This document shows, piece after piece, positions 12,204 to 26,000 of a stretch of DNA of 57,697 nt. How positions within the stretch are numbered: the stretch's first letter is position 1; each line of letters opens with the position of its first letter. Origin of the DNA: Hydractinia symbiolongicarpus (Eukaryota); NCBI RefSeq assembly GCF_029227915.1, contig NC_079879.1, positions 12,260,720 to 12,318,416 on the forward strand, read 5' to 3'. The translations under genes and the position numbers were made by a program. The notes beneath the pieces were generated by a model, which worked only from the letters and a program-made list of their open reading frames with translations, was not told the origin of the DNA and did no database searches.

Positions 12204-14638
12204 GCTATCTATCTATCTACAGAAATGCTCGGGTATGTGCAAGAAAACTGCAACTTTTCTAACTTTTGTAAACATTAGCAAGTCATATATGGCACCATAA
12301 ACATATATTTAAATGGGTGATGTGGCTCTACTGACTATGTAAGTCTCTATAGCCTATGTGCACTTTCTAGAGTCAGGTAAGAGTTGTCATCTGTTGGGCA
12401 AACCCAGATCAGGAATAGTTGTCATTAAAAAAGGTTAGAAATAGGTACCTGCGTACATAGCTATTAACAGTCATTATTTACCGTCCTGAAGCAGAAGACT
12501 GGCTAAAGATGGTGGTATATATAGGGTGAGATTATATATACCAGGATATTATAAAATTCATGTTTTTGCTGATAACTTCCAAACTTGTTCCAAATTATTT
12601 CCAAATTTGCCTGAATTATTTCTACAATGCAAAACAACGCTTTCAATTGCTTTGACTCTATTACCAACAATCAAATATCTATATTTATCGATCAACTTGT
12701 ATCAAACAAAGCCTTTCTTTACATTATGTTTTTCGACAGAGTAATGTGCAGGACTATTGCGATACAAGGCTTAAAGTTTTTGTCACTATGAAGATAGGTT
12801 TACCCTGCCAAATTCTTGTTTTGATTGACAAAGTATTGTTGATAAACTCTTTGTAATCCAGTGAAACAAAGTGACTTACACTGAGATTCTCGCAACTTAT
12901 TTTTGAAAAAAAAAGAAAAACTAGGAATTTTAATTTTAGTGTTTTTCATATTTTGCATTCTAAATGATACAGATATTTACCAATGAAGATTTTTACCAAT
13001 ATTTTCTAAGCTTTTTCTACTTCCACCGTACTATGTACAGCTATATATTGTGTGAGCATTGGAAAATCCACTCAGTGATAAAGCTCCTAAAATTTCAAAA
13101 AGCGAATTTATTTCCCTACATGTGCCATTAAACAACAATGTTGTGATGATGATAACTGTTAAACCTTGTGTTAATAGTGGATTTTCTTTTTGTGACCAAA
13201 GAGAAATAAAGTGAAGTATACAATAATCATGGTGTGTAATGGCTGCCAGAAGACAACAAAGATAAAATATTTTTTGTACTTTATAGTCTTTATAATTTTT
13301 TTTATCAAAATTTTTAAACAAATTCAGCTTAGTCAGGTGACTCACCAAGTGCCTAATTAGCTAGTAAGCTTTAATACCCATGTTGAAATGCATATAGGCT
13401 TTCTTTTCCAAAAGTTGCAGACAAACATAACTTGAGTTTGCAAGGTCATGATGCTGTACTTAAGGAGTAGTAACCTCATTTCTTCTATTGCATGTGCTAG
13501 GCAAATGGCATTGGATGAATAAAAAATTAAACCAATAAATTCCCTGACAAGCAGGAGACTGTGTGCTCAAATCCTTCTTGAACCATTGTCTTTATTCCAT
13601 TGAAAGATGATGTATTGGTTTATTTATTTGCTTTTTGCCATGTTTACCATGAAAATGTTTAATTTATAAGGTTGGTAATATAATACAGCACATGTTTTTT
13701 TCTTTGTTTCTTTATTTTGATACATTTCAGTTTGTGTTTTAATCCATAGTTACATGTATACCACAATGCTTTGAATAAATTTATAGAAGGGGGGAAGTAT
13801 TTAAATGGATAAAAGCTGATTCTTTTGTTAGTGTCTTATGTGACCTTTCTTTTGAGAAAAAGTTTGCATGCAAGGATATTTAAAGAAGCAATATGAAGAT
13901 ATGCACAATAGATTGAAGCATGTATTTGTTATGAAAGCATGCTTAAAACACTTGATGTGTGATTTGATTAAATCTTCTTTTTTATTTGTTTGAGCTAGAA
14001 GAAAATGATGATTGAACTTCAATTACTTGAAACATTTTTTGCAAGAGTCGGAAAATTTTCTATAGATTTATATTAAGACTAGATTTTTTTTTGCTTTGGG
14101 TATTATGTTTAAAGATATACTTTTAAATATGATTTGTTACAGTTATTTGTATGTTAAATCTTTTTTTGCTAATTCTATGACTTCCAGTTTGAATTGATTA
14201 ATCTTTTAAGATTGATTTTGATTAATCTTTTCTGAACTTATTCTTAAGTTTAGAATATTTGACAAGAGACTTCTTAGGTCCCTCAGAGTATATCTGAAAA
14301 GCATTGAAAATTGAATTTGGTATTTCTTGATGTGGCCCATGTTTTTTAATAATGTGTATTATCCTGAGAACATTATTGTATTGATTGTGAGTAACGGTTC
14401 TGTACATGTTATTGCTTCAACCAACCAACACGCACTTGTTCTTTAATAGAATATGCTTTATAAGTATATTCGGTGAGAGTTTGACTTAAAAACAGTATGT
14501 CTATTGTTTAGAACAATAAGGGAATAAAAAACGACCAGCCTGGTCAGATATTATTATAATGTAGGTATTATTATAAAAAAGCCTGCACTCAAGCTACATG
14601 TTGTGTTTTATATCTGTAGATATTTAGAATACATAAAA

Positions 14639-16009
14639 ATGTCGGACAAAGAAGATGTGGGATTGTCCTCACCTAAATCAAATCATTTCGCTGAAGAAGA
14701 GGAAAAAGTAGAAGACGATAACTCTGTCTTTACAAATGGTGATATTGAAAACGAATACGACTTCGGTAGTGCTAGTAGCAGGCGCGAGTCTGACGAAGAT
14801 TCATGGGAGACTGTATCGGAAGAAATGAGAGCAGAGGCGATGGAGCATGAAAATGAAGGGCAATGCTGTTGTAACGCCTGTTCTATGAAATCAATGATGC
14901 TTTCCACAAGACTGCAAAACAGGAGCGAGTATCTGGACACTTCGTTACCAGAAAATGTTACAAAGGTCGTCACGGAGACTGGGTCTAGTATATATGTTGT
15001 GGGCACTGCTCATTTCAGTGAAGCAAGTCAAGACGACGTGAAAAGGGTTATACAATACTTGTCGCCCGACGTTGTCATGGTAGAGTTGTGTCCAAGTCGT
15101 GTTGGTGTTTTGAAATACAACGAAGAAGAACTTTTGAAGGCTGCACAGGATGTGAGTTTAGCGAAATTAAAAATGGCTATTAAAGATAGCGGAAGCGTTA
15201 TTAGTGGCGTAATGCAATTACTGTTGTTGAGTATGTCAGCCCATATTACGAAACAGTTGGGGATGGCTCCTGGTGGAGAGTTTCGTGTTGCAGCTAAGCA
15301 GGCCAAAGAGATCCCTGGTTGTCGATTAGTGTTGGGGGATAGACCTATACAAGCAACGCTTGGTCGCGCAATGGCTTCGTTGTCTGTCTTTCAGAAAATT
15401 AAGTTAGGTTGGCATTTATTGTTTTCGAAAGATAACATCACAAAAGAAGACGTCGAAAAATACAAACAAAAGGATATGATAGCTGAAATGTTAGCTGAAA
15501 TGACTGGCGACTTTCCGGAACTGTCTCGAGTATTCGTTGAAGAGCGCGATCAATATATGGCACAAATGCTGGTGCACTGTGCCAACATGGTGAAGAATGA
15601 TCTTCCTGCGTATATATATTTAAACAACGGCAGTGAAAGTAGTAGAGAGAAAGATAAAAGCAGCAAGAATATTGAGGACGAAGAACAAGAGCCTGCGAAA
15701 CAATCCAAAGAAGCAGGAGACGAACGAGTCGTTAAAAAGGACGGCAAAAGCTGCGAGGAAGAAAACAGTGAAAAGACGGTAGAAAGTATATCTAGGTCGG
15801 ATTATAATCCAGTTATTGTTGGCGTCGTCGGAATCGGTCATATGAACGGTGTCATTGAAAATATCGGAAAAGAAGTGGACATGAACGCTTTAAATGAAGT
15901 GCCCCCTCCTTCATACGCAAATCGTGCATTCAAAATGGCACTTAAAGCTGCGGTGGTCGCGGCTGTTAGTTGGGGTGTATATTCAGTTATAAATTGGGTG
16001 AAGTCTTAA
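14639..16009 (+). CDS. TRABD: TraB domain-containing protein (TRABD family), intronless (456 aa from the ATG at 14639; the track ORF starts upstream at 14603)
   Basis: Continuous ORF. The TraB/GumN-family core 'GTAHFSEASQDDVKRVIQYLSPDVVMVELCPSRVGVL' is present, with an acidic Ser/Glu-rich N-terminus and a C-terminal hydrophobic tail. The first in-frame ATG, at 14639, lies in an A-rich context. Confidence 0.75.
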   Translation: MSDKEDVGLSSPKSNHFAEEEEKVEDDNSVFTNGDIENEYDFGSASSRRESDEDSWETVSEEMRAEAMEHENEGQCCCNACSMKSMMLSTRLQNRSEYLDTSLPENVTKVVTETGSSIYVVGTAHFSEASQDDVKRVIQYLSPDVVMVELCPSRVGVLKYNEEELLKAAQDVSLAKLKMAIKDSGSVISGVMQLLLLSMSAHITKQLGMAPGGEFRVAAKQAKEIPGCRLVLGDRPIQATLGRAMASLSVFQKIKLGWHLLFSKDNITKEDVEKYKQKDMIAEMLAEMTGDFPELSRVFVEERDQYMAQMLVHCANMVKNDLPAYIYLNNGSESSREKDKSSKNIEDEEQEPAKQSKEAGDERVVKKDGKSCEEENSEKTVESISRSDYNPVIVGVVGIGHMNGVIENIGKEVDMNALNEVPPPSYANRAFKMALKAAVVAAVSWGVYSVINWVKS

Positions 16010-17959
16010 ATTAATACAACATTTTTTTATTCGTATTAGTAAATTGTTTTTTCTGTAAAATAATTTATATTAGAAAATATAGAATGGTGGAATATATGTT
16101 CAGTTTAGGAAGCTAGACCATTAAGTTTAAAAGGCTTTGCACAAAAGAAAGATAGAAGAGTACCTTATTTATACTGCTTTTCGCTCAGCAGGAAAATATC
16201 TATTTCGCGAAATTTTACGCAATATTAACAAGAACAATACGTTTTCCGTGTTTTAATTATCGCGCAAGTTTAAATTCCCCCGTAAAATTAAGGGTTTTGA
16301 AATACGCATAGTTTTCTTTTGTAATTTTTTTTAAATCTCGCGCACCAACGAACAATTTTGAGTAATTGCGCGTGGACCTAATTCGTATACATTTCTGCGG
16401 ATATTTAATTTCCAGATAAATCATTCAAATCATTTAACACATCAAGGTTTATTTGAATAGGTATTACAGGAGTAAAGGGTCACCTTTTTGTAAACATGAA
16501 TAGAATATATGAAAACCAACTTGACGTACATGTAGTTCGTAAAATAGAAAGCCAAGCCGTTTGTCAAAACAACTTTTTTATTCTCTTATTAAAAACAGGG
16601 ATGCTGACATCAGCGTAAAATGTCAAATTTAAGAAGTTTTCAGCGTTAAACAACAAGTAATTTTTACATGTAATACCATTTTGCCATCCTCTCCTTAAGC
16701 TCTATCCAGAGGTACATGTAGTTTAATGTTTTTTCTAACTTTTACAAGGAATTTTGTCTTTTTGATGATTTTGATAGGGTCAAATTGTTGCCAGCTCTGT
16801 ATTTACGGCTTAGAAAGCAAAATTAATATCCGTGAAGACTAAATGTAATTTTTTAAAGCCGCGAATCTAAGTACTGGCTGGAATTAAGATCATAGAGGTA
16901 GGTGAATGGAAAAAAGACGAAACTAAATAATGCGAAACTGCAACCTCAATCTTAGTCTGTTCTCCGCTTTTTTTATACCTGAGGGGGGGGGGGGATAGTC
17001 CGTAAGAGCAATCTGTGGACAAGTTTGGTGACACTGTTGCTTTACAATCTGAGACAATTAGAATTAAGTTCCGCAACTTTAAAACCAGAATAGACGTTCG
17101 CAATGTCTTATTCCAAATTCATTTCTAAGTTATTCGCAATCTTTTCACTAGTCCGTCAAAAGTCTCTCTATAGCAAATCCAGTATTATAATGCTTTTTTC
17201 ATCACCTGCTTTTTGCCGTGTTTTATTCTAACCTCGTTCCCAAAGTATTTCACCTTTTTGGTGAATTTAATAGCAGGGAATGAATTGCCGGTACATAATA
17301 ACGGTTCAGGGGCCCACAAAACCCTTTTTTTGCGAAAATAATGCACGCAAAAATTGGTTTCTACGTGAAGTAAGCACAAAAAACGAAATGGATACCAGAA
17401 TTATCAGAATTATATGTTGATAAAATAAAAATCTTTATAAAACTACTTCGTAAATCAAGGACGTATGATCGACATTATCACAAAAGGTTACAATCAATAG
17501 GTGAATCACAAACATTTCGTTTGCTGTTACAAAGTGTTATGTCCTCCCGCGGACGAGCAAAGAAGATTTCTCAATTCTAAACCAATCTAAAATGGCGTAA
17601 GATGTTATGAATATTTGGAAATAATTTTGACAATAAAAAAATAATTATTTCGTTTTATTAAATTATATTAAATATTATTTTATATAATATATATAATATA
17701 TAAATGATATATATTAAAATATTTGCGTAAATGATATATTAAAGGTGAAATTTTCTTTTCTTTTTTTACTCAAGTTATTTCACATGTTAATGAGGTTTCT
17801 TATAAACTCCTGGAACTTTCTAATCACACCACAAACGTGATAAAGCGGGGAGTTTACCAGCCTCGATCTCCTCACCATAACAGGTTGGATAAAGTACGAA
17901 CCGTGTTGGATTTCTTACATGGCTTATCATTGTATGGATATCAACACATCGCCGTTTGT

Positions 17960-18277
17960 TTAACCTTTAAACTCTGTAAGCAGCCGGTTAATTAAGTCCA
18001 AATCCATTTTTGCCATATCAAACGGAAGTTTTTTACCGCTGGAAGGTGTCTTCATAATGATTTTTTCACCCGTCATAGGATTCCTTACTACAGGGCAGTT
18101 ACCATGACAATGGGGGTGTTTACAAGTGTCTATAAGTCTCTGTTTACATGGCGCACTGCTTCGGTGATTTCGTTTATTATTAGCTAGCCAACAATACAAA
18201 GCGTCGTTCAAAGTATTCCCCTCGATCTTGATCTTATTTAATGATTCGCTGAAAAGAAAAAAAAATATTTTTAGCAT
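17960..18277 (-). CDS. Unassigned Cys/His-rich ORF (105 aa; '...CKQRLIDTCKHPHCHGNCP...')
   Basis: ORF only. The Cys/His spacing suggests a zinc-binding module but no family was recognised. It could be an exon of a larger gene. Confidence 0.2.
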   Translation of the reverse strand: MLKIFFFLFSESLNKIKIEGNTLNDALYCWLANNKRNHRSSAPCKQRLIDTCKHPHCHGNCPVVRNPMTGEKIIMKTPSSGKKLPFDMAKMDLDLINRLLTEFKG

Positions 18278-19190
18278 TACTTGTTACTCTTTATATTTCA
18301 ATAATTTTTACTTTATAGGGCATGCGCCCACGTATCATGTAAAACAACTTCAAAACCGCTAAAAACTTGTATTACTAAAACTTCGCCCCCAGGGTTACGT
18401 TCCTAATGACGATTTCAAGTCCTGTCTCGTATATAGTTATACAAAAAGGACAAAGAAAAGGAAGAAAAACGCTGAGGTCTGCATAACCTTAATGAGCTTC
18501 AACACATGCAAGTAGTTGGTGGAAGTCTTGTTTGTACATTTACTTCCGTCAACACACTCTTGAGACTTCCGGTATATTTTGCAATTTTCAAAACGCTTGC
18601 CAAGATTATGTTCTATTATTACCCTCCTAATTTAGTTATTGTGATGCAACTTATTCATATATCAAGGTACTTCATTACGACCTTACATCAGGTGATTAAA
18701 AAATTGAAGACAAAAAAGCAGACGGTCAAACAATTTCGAATAATATCATGACCGTGCACAAAAAAAACCCCGTATTTATCTTAAATTGCTGGATTTGATG
18801 ACAAAAAGAACAAAAAATAATTCTATTTAAAGTCGGAAAAAGAAAATGTTGCACAGATAGGAATATGATTTTTTCTGGAAAAAATTCCCGAACTCAAATG
18901 CTTCAGCCTAGTTCGCAAATCTGCAGCCCCCCTCCCCCTCCCTCCCCGAACATAACTTTGTGCTTGTAAAAATATTAAAGTTATTAGATGTCAGACAGCG
19001 AAAAAGAAGCCCAGAATAAAGTTGAATAAAGTTGCTTTTCAAACAATATGTGCTCATACTGATTGCTAAGCCAAAAGTTTTCTAACCTACGTCAAGAAAA
19101 GTCAATAGTCCCAGGGGGGCAAGGTTGGAATGTCAAATAAAACATTCCATATATTTGCTTACAAATTCTCGTCTGAATATTACCACTTAC

Positions 19191-22100
19191 CTTGTTGCTA
19201 GAGCCGTGTGAGAGATACAAGAAGCCGCGAAGATTCCACTAAAAAGAAAATGTTTGTTTTGAAAACGACAACAATATATTTTGCAAACACACGTACGTTT
19301 TAACGAGAAAATAATAAAATCAGAGGTAAAAACAAAGCACAACCGCACGAAACTAAAACGAATAACGTTATCAGTAAATAAATGGCTTTAGTTCAGTTCA
19401 AGCCGTATTACTTAAAACAAACATGTAGATCTGCAATGTTAAGGAAGCTAACGTTCCTTATTTCTTCGAAAGCCATTAAATAATTTGCGGGAATATAATT
19501 GAGACTTAAAAAGGAATAGAAACAGGTACTCTTGTCACTTCATGTCGAAAAAAAAGTTTTTTAACATTCAAAAAATAAAGCTGAAAGTGTTGACGTGAAC
19601 AGGACGCCTAGTGGCATTAAGTGTGGGCGGCGACTGGACGCCCAGTAAAGTATATACGTACTGTTTACTGTTTATGTCTTTTAACGACGTTCGCAAAGTT
19701 TCTCCCAGTTTCTTCACATATTGTTTGTATTTGTAACTGAAAATTTTTTTTGGATCCAATTCTAAATCTTTGTTATCTGCTAATATTTGAGCCGTATCAT
19801 GAATCCATTGAAAAACGAAAATTGGAGCTAAAAAATAAACAAAAAAAACATTAGCTCTTGTTACAAAACAAACTGAAGTCCTTCATTGCAAATACAGTCT
19901 TATTTGATATTGATGTTCAATGGGACATACATTCTAAATTTATTAGACCATTTTTAATCAAAAGATTTCTTACTGTTAATATGCTCGATAGCATTGAGGG
20001 CGAACAAACATTTGTGTTTTTCAACGTGCTTCTTACCACATGAATGATCAACCACAGCGTTCCAATAACTGAAATACACAAAAAGTAATTTAAATGAAAG
20101 GACATACTTCTGGTTATGATGCATTCTCATCCCCAGGGCACCTAGTTTCTTTCTGATGTAAAAATGAACTTTAAGATAAGAAAATCTGGTACAAAATTTG
20201 TACTATTCGGACTTTATGGGGCGCGTGTTTTGCTCCACTGCACAATGTTTCCTCTAGATATTTCGCAGAATCTCAATCTATTTTTGTTTCACGCATTGAA
20301 GATATAGAGCTATCCTTAATTGTCTCAGATTTTGTCATTGTAATGTTTCCATCATATTGAATAGGGTTCTCCATCTGAAATTGTCGAATAACGAACGAAA
20401 AAAAAAGTATAACTACAATCAAACCTAAATCTTTTTGATTATAAAACAATTACGATATCTACGGATAAGTGGTAAGGATACAACACATGTGTGCATGAAA
20501 AAGGACGTAAACAGTGCGAAGATATTGGGAGCAGTAAGGGCAAAGCTAATTATATTTTGATAATTTCATTTACTAACCTTGCTGCTTGTTTAAACATCAG
20601 TTGTGGATGGCATTCGTAAACATTAGAAGAAGCACAGTTTGTACTTATTCCATTATCCACAAACCACGATGAATCAATCATTCCTCTAACATCAATATTA
20701 AGTTTTTTTCTCTTCAGAAAATTTGCAATTCGATCGATGTTTTGTAATACTCCTATACCACCGGCACTATAAAAAAATTATCACCATGTCATGATTTATG
20801 CAATGTAAGAAAAAATTTGTCCGATCCTCGACGTCATTTCACATGTGAAGAAATGGTGACTTCTTACCTACTTCCAACAAAAAACAATCTTGATGAATCT
20901 TTTAATCCATTCTTCAACAAATCTTTTATGACTTCCATTATTATATGTGCGCCCTGAAAACCTATTTTTACTCCTAAAACAAGTGAAAACAATTTTGTTA
21001 AACTTCCTTATGGTGTTTCCAAATGGCTAATATTATACTTCACCGCATCTTTTAACTTTATGACAAAAAGACTGAATCATATAAGATAAAGTACCGAAAC
21101 ATTATCATGGAAGTATTGTATTCAATTACCTTTAGAAGTCGTCTGCGTTGTGTTCCCAATCCAAAAATCACTGGAACAATACGGCACATACCTATCAAAA
21201 AAAAGATCATGATCTTAAGATTTGCGGCGCTTGATTTTTACAAAATACGCCAGTAAAGACACAAAAACGTTTGCTCAGAACTATATAAAGTTATTGGGGT
21301 AGCGGGTTAGGCGTGGAGGAAGTGGTTTAAGGGTCTGTTTTATTTAAATATTATTTTACTACTCTAACTTCATACTTACACGTGGTTTGCTTTATGGAAT
21401 TGTGGATTATGTTTAGCGTGAACATTTAACAGACCATCACCTACAAATAAATGAACATTCAGTATGACACTAGATAACACAATTTTTTTAACATATAGAT
21501 AGTGAAAATGAAGATAGTGAAATCATCCTACCCTGTCTGAGCTTGGGCCATAATTTAGATGACGTCATAGAATAGATACTCGAGTGATTAAATCTTTGCA
21601 TGCACGTTCTTTCGTTGAAACAAAACCAACCGCCTAAAATATACCGAATTGTGTGTTATCCTATAACAATGAGTAGAACCCAATTAAAACTGAAAATTAC
21701 GCCTAACATTAACGTTACGGTTAATAAGAAATTTCTTTTTTTTTCTTTACAAGTGAAAGATTTTCCGTTCTATTAAAAAGTTTACCTTCCAAGTATACGA
21801 TCCACAGTTTACTTTCTTTTTCTCTCCGGATATAGTATCTAAAATAAAGAAAATGCGTGTGAAGAAAGCGCCACGATGTTTGATTGAATACCTAAGCTTC
21901 AATGCCGTAACCACTTCCTTTTAACAACAATCTTGTAATTAGATGTACAAAGGTTGATGTACAAACACTGCAACAAAACGTGATGCTTGTAACACGAACA
22001 AAGAAAAGCGATGTAAAGTATAAATTTTCACAACGTACGCGGTGAATATTTTTTGTATTGTGATTCTCCACTCTCTGTTAGTCGAATATCTATTTAATTT

Positions 22101-23013
22101 TACTATCTGAACTGTGAAAAACAAACGTATGGTGGAGATTACATCTTCAAAAATATCCTGGTTGTCTGCAAGTGATTTTACAGTTGTATTCTTTTTAATA
22201 AACAATTTTATTTCACGTGTATTTTGAAAAGGAGATTGGAAAAATGAATTGGTGATTTGTCAAATTATTTATTGATTAATTAAAATTTATTACTAATAAA
22301 TCCACGAGTTTTTTTTTAACTTCTGGACCAAGACAGGCGCCCTCCCCCCTTCGTTGTCAGAGTTCTTTGCCTATTTTTTCCATCATATGACAGTAAAGAA
22401 CTCCGGGAAGGAGGTTAGCATATCTAGAAAGCAGCTACACTTAGAATTTTTAATTGGAAATTTTTATGTTTGTAATAAAGAAAACAAAACCATTGAAGGT
22501 ATTGATGTCATCGGCATCCCATCGCCATGCGATCTTTTTTTTGTATAAAAATACAAAAGAGGGACGTGAGAATTTTGCAGAATTTTGCTGAACGATAAGA
22601 GAATAAATGAATAGAGCCTGGAAAAAGATCTGCCAGTACATTTCTTTCGTTAATTACACCGAGTATTCCCATCCTATCATACATATGAAAAAAGCGTACT
22701 TATTTGTTAATCCTTAAGAAATTCAACTTTAAAAAACTGTTTCTGAAAAATTGCTCTGAATTGTACACTGAAATTTTAAGGCTAAATTTTAACTTTATTC
22801 TATCAAATTTTAAAAACTAAAAGAACAAAACAAAAATTCTACATACCCTGCAGACGATCCGTCGTTGCATGTAGCGAGCGATGCGGACAAATATCTCCTG
22901 CTCATTGATAGCGCTGACTTCACGCATTTCTCGCCAGCCAACCAAGAACATTGACTTGGTAAACTTCTCACAACACCAACCATGAGCAACACGAAAATGA
23001 TATGTATATACAT
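19191..23013 (-). CDS. NOTUM: Notum / pectin-acetylesterase-family (palmitoleoyl-protein carboxylesterase) gene, multi-exon, minus strand; 3' end unresolved
   Basis: Hand-built model with GT-AG introns and consistent phases. E1 22847-23013: ATG at 23011-23013, signal peptide 'MYIHIIFVLLMVGVV...', then '...ATCNDGSSAG'. E2 21786-21838: 'YYIRREKESKLWIVYLEG'. E3 21532-21633: 'GWFCFNERTCMQRFNHSSIYSMTSSKLWPKLRQ'. E4 21380-21440: 'GDGLLNVHAKHNPQFHKANHV'. E5 21130-21191: 'YVPYCSSDFWIGNTTQTTSK'. E6 20868-20961: 'GFQGAHIIMEVIKDLLKNGLKDSSRLFFVGS'. E7 20578-20766: 'SAGGIGVLQNIDRIANFLKRKKLNIDVRGMIDSSWFVDNGISTNCASSNVYECHPQLMFKQAA', carrying the catalytic GxSxG 'GSSAGG' that spans the E6/E7 junction. E8 19974-20068: 'SYWNAVVDHSCGKKHVEKHKCLFALNAIEHIN' (alternative short form 20037-20068). 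E9 19662-19827: 'TPIFVFQWIHDTAQILADNKDLELDPKKIFSYKYKQYVKKLGETLRTSLKDINSK'. E10 19191-19238: 'GIFAASCISHTALAT'. The order and motifs match Notum: TCNDGSPAGYY, LEGGWYCFN, IPYCSSDVW, GSSAGG, RGLADSGWFLDN, YWNGVV, PVFVVQW. Confidence 0.7.
20106..20160. repeat. Solo fragment of the 'CCCCAGGGCA..TTTCTGA' TIR repeat family
   Basis: 'gcattctcatccccagggcacctagtttctttctga' resembles the left TIR of the 27203-28312 element. It lies inside a Notum intron. Confidence 0.45.
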
Positions 23014-26000
23014 CTGAAATAAAAAGTCTCTGTCAGATGTCGACTGTGTTGATCGCTTAAAAGTATAAATAAGAACTTTCCACTATTTATGTAATAGGGG
23101 GACTAATTAAGCCTTTATTTTTTGATTGACATGTCCTTGAAAAAAATCTTGTCGAGAGGCGCGCTGACGTTATAAAAGGTCTGGCCAGTACAATCCGGCT
23201 TTCTTTATGTGGTTCTTTTAATTAGATTCACTAATGACCTGCGCATTAAATTGACGAGTTATTTTTAACTGCTGGCCTCAAGGCCTATTTGAACTGTACA
23301 TAAAACGTAACAAATAAACAAACAAAAAAAATACGACGTAATATTTACCTCGCGAAAGAATTAACGGATCTTAGGTTGAAAAATAGTAACTAATTTAAAA
23401 ACGACACCTACAGGAATTATTATATAATATACACATATTTGAAAGAACATGTTTATACATTTTCATTATTCTTTTATATCTTCTTGTTTTCTATGACTGC
23501 AAATAAAAACACTCCTTATACTGAGCCCCTCTCGCTTTTCACACCTCTAGAAACTAAAATTAAACATAGAACGCAGTGGTATTATATACTAATGTATTGA
23601 CAGTCATTGCGGCGTGTTATGCTACGTGTTGATATTATCATAAAATAACCAGGAGACGGCATATTTGAATAGATTTGCGAAGCTATGAACTTTTCTTTAA
23701 GTGAGTCTGACCGCCTTATAAAGATCATTCCATCAAAGACACTACAAAGCGGAGTAGCCAGTGGTGTTGTTCTTTTATTTTTTATTTGAAGAAGCGTATC
23801 GGATAAGAATGTTCCTCTCGGGTTTTTTAATAAGTTAACCTCGTCTAACTTTCGTGATCAAACCACGTCGGCACAAGAACAAAAGCATCACAGGGTTTAA
23901 AAGGTTTTGAAACGAGGCTTGCATAAATTAGAATAACAAACAAATCGTTTTGCACTGTTGTATGCATAAATTAACGAAAAGAAAAACAAATCATTTTCCT
24001 CGCGGTTTCTTCAAAACTCAGTATGGCGGTAGAAGGTACGAACACCTCTTTCGCACTTATTCGCCTCAAATCACAGATAAAAAATTTAACTTTATCCAGC
24101 TCCTAGGGATAAGTGTTGGCCGTAGAGAGTGCAGAAAGTTTAATCACTTTTCCCTATCAAAAAAAGAAGAAGCATAGTGTCTATAAACGTGCGAGTTATT
24201 GATTCCACCACCAACTCACTTTTCTATTACATCTCCCACACAATACGGCTTCAACAGAGCTAAAACTAGGTGACTTATAAAAACTTCTGGGAGTTGCCAT
24301 GACAACCATGTTGCTAAATGTGGTCTGAAAGAAACATTCTGACTCTTTTAGCATTATTTACTTATTTTTTTGTATTGTTTAAAAATTTCGACTCCAATCA
24401 AATATTACAAATTGGCTTTTCTTTCAAAATAACGTATAATATGTGCGGATGCTTAGTGTGGCAAAAACATTAAGATTAAAACACGATATATGATAAATAG
24501 ATTAACGTTGTCAGAAATTAAAACTTTAAACCAAAACGTACAACGTAGGAAATTGAAACCGGAAATAATAGTGGTGTTGGAGTGCTGTAGTGTTGAAATT
24601 GAAATTAGATGCTACACTCAAAAATATGTACCCTTGGCATAAGAAAAAAACCCAAAAATTGTGGTAGTCGTGTGGATCTTAAAGGTTTGATGTCAATAGA
24701 AAAAACAATTTATTAGATTCATTAAAATATAATATATTGTATACAAATCACTTTCAAAATGCATCAAGCGTACCAAATTACAATTTGACATGCTCCACTC
24801 TCTTTTTGTACAACTTTGTCATGTCAACAAAACTTTAGTTTTTCAGGAGCCTGGTTTAGCAGGAGTTTAGCTATGTCGGCGCGCCCATATCACCAGATTT
24901 GTTTACTGGCAGAGTGGAACAGTGTTTCTTATGAAAAATAAGTATATCTAAAGACTCCAAACCGCTAAAGACTTGATAAAGAATAATCCAGCTCAAACTT
25001 TATTAAATTAAAATGGTTTTGCATAATAATTTGTTTGCAATTTTTTGAATTCTTTGTCAGTTTTTTTCTTATTAATTGAATCATAATGTAGCGGATAAAA
25101 TTGCTTGTATTGCCAGAAGTAATGATAGTAAGTTTTGTACTTTCCTTTTCTACAATCCTTAAAAACGTTTTGCTTATTACGGCAAAAACTATATATTGAC
25201 ATATAAAACTTCGATCTACCGGGCATGCATTTACTACAATAAGAATTTCATGACGTAACAGCTCGGAATGACAGAAATGACGTCTTTAGTTAATTATCTT
25301 GTCCTGACATCATAATAAATCAATTAATTATTTGAAATAGCTAATTTATAATTATAAAAATTATTTAACAATTTTTTTTTCCAATCATATCCAAAAATGT
25401 ACAATAGATTTTCAATGCATAGCGTGGGGAAATTGGAATGAAAACACAAAAAATAAAATAATATTCAATTTAAAATTGAAATAGTTATTGTAATTCATAA
25501 TTAGCCATAAAACTGGACAAAATCTTGGACATGGCGATTTTTGATAATATCGTGTGATTTTTCTGTTTATTGAAGTATTTTTATCACAATAAAAATGTAT
25601 TTTTAATTTTGTCGGCATATAGGTGTTAAATTATCTTTGTCACGAAACATTCTATCTATAAAGACAATAAAATGTTTTTCCTCTATACAAGCTAAGTGTT
25701 CTTCCCAGTACTATCCGTTCATCTATCTTTAGAGGTTAAGAGAAGTTTTAACATGATTTAAAATAGAAAAGTCAGCAAAACGAAAATTTCTTAAATAAAA
25801 AAATAAGTCTTGTTTGGAAATTCTTGTCAATCAAAAGCATTAGCATCAATATCAAATTTCTTTATATGAAATTTAGACCACTAAGATTACATTAATTAAG
25901 CACAAATTGCTTTGGAATTTTAAAAATTTGCGACAAAAATGAGATTTTTTTCCTAAATACCTCAAATAATGAAATAAGGTTGGTTTAAAAATTTGGCTTG

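Noticed and set aside
19568-19759. Stand-alone 63-aa ORF
   Set aside because: It is part of Notum exon 9; the model exits at a GTACGT donor at 19661/19662 into exon 10.
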